Source of the DNA: an uncultured archaeon
GTDB taxonomy: Archaea; Asgardarchaeota; Lokiarchaeia; Sigyniarchaeales; Promethearchaeaceae
NCBI GenBank assembly: GCA_964426185.1
Contig: CAYRPF010000001.1
Coordinates: 31,798-45,666 of the forward strand
Length of the DNA: 13,869 nucleotides
Direction: 5' to 3'
The position numbers and the translations under genes are program-made. The notes under the pieces are model-generated. The model searched no databases. It worked only from the letters and a program-made list of their open reading frames with translations, and had not been told where the DNA came from. This document shows positions 13,186 through 13,869 of the stretch, in pieces (the stretch's first letter is position 1; every line of letters starts with the position of its first letter).

Positions 13186-13827
13186 ATGGGACGTCCGCAT
13201 AAATTCCGTAAAATTTCAAATGTTGCTCCGAAATTTACTGATTATCATCCGAAAGGAATAGATATACAAGATGTGGATCAAATGTTCCTTAGTATGGAAG
13301 AATTCGAAGCTCTTCGCTTGCGTTATTATGAAAATCTAAAGCAAACTGAAGCCGCTGTAAAAATGCAAATCTCTCAAACTACTTTTTCTAGGATATTATC
13401 TAAAGCTTTTAGAAAAATTACCAAAGCTCTAGTTGAAGGCTACGGTATTGCCATTCAAACGGATATTATAACACAACCTCCTACCTATGGCCGTGGACGA
13501 CGCAGACGAGGGAGATATTTGGGAAGAGATGGTCCTCCACTGCAAATGAGAGATAATTTGCAGGAGAATTCGGTCTCACAAGTTAATTCTAGAGATTTTG
13601 AGTCCGCCATTAATCCGCCTCAATGGATTACCCCTATAGCTGAACCTAAGAAAATTGTGTTTAAAGGGTGGGGATGTTTAAACTGTGGATATATTTTCCA
13701 AACACAGCCAAGTATCAACAATAATGAAGCGGATGATTCCTCAATATCAAAAAAACCCAAATGTCCTAAATGTCAATCGTCAAAAACCTACTCTTTAATA
13801 AAAAAGCTTTCGCCCGAATCAAATTAA
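13186..13827 (+). CDS. DUF134 family HTH protein with RG-rich disordered insert and C-terminal Zn ribbon (copy B)
   Basis: MGRPHKFRKI...P.G...LSMEEFEALRL...LKQTEAA.KM.ISQTTFSRIL..A..KI..ALVEG..I.I, then CLNC-x25-CPKC. ORF is open from TTG 13171; ATG 13186 matches the family start (M-x-R-P). Confidence 0.9.
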   Translation: MGRPHKFRKISNVAPKFTDYHPKGIDIQDVDQMFLSMEEFEALRLRYYENLKQTEAAVKMQISQTTFSRILSKAFRKITKALVEGYGIAIQTDIITQPPTYGRGRRRRGRYLGRDGPPLQMRDNLQENSVSQVNSRDFESAINPPQWITPIAEPKKIVFKGWGCLNCGYIFQTQPSINNNEADDSSISKKPKCPKCQSSKTYSLIKKLSPESN

Positions 13828-13869
13828 TTCCCAAATTTTTTCTCAAATGTTTAATTTAACAACTTAATG

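Overview
AT-rich, gene-dense window with archaeal signals (TATA-like boxes, oligo-T terminators, Lrp/AsnC and RHH regulators, Zn-ribbon tails). The overall style suggests an Asgard/Lokiarchaeia-type archaeon, but this is inference, since no marker gene is present. Left part (1-8.3 kb): a probable decayed gene remnant; a minus-strand run of a membrane metallohydrolase-like protein, a small membrane protein and a patatin phospholipase; an RHH-type regulator with a 12-nt tandem repeat; a GNAT acetyltransferase; a TIGR00266/AIM24 protein; a coiled-coil/4-Cys/2-TM hypothetical protein; and an orphan beta-class (Type III Mod-like) DNA methyltransferase. Right part (8.5-13.8 kb): an eight-gene anaerobe-type metal/Fe-S module resembling the Desulfovibrio 'orange protein' (ORP) cluster. 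It has two NifB/NifX (MTH1175-like) proteins, two tandem MinD-type ATPases each with a 2x[4Fe-4S] insert, DUF5320, a Cys-bearing Lrp/AsnC and two DUF134 HTH/Zn-ribbon proteins. Three of its promoter regions share a palindromic motif, TGAAY-N4-RTTSA (one copy is a perfect 20-bp palindrome), which is a candidate operator for the uncharacterised DUF134 regulators. No rRNA, tRNA, CRISPR array or transposase was recognised.
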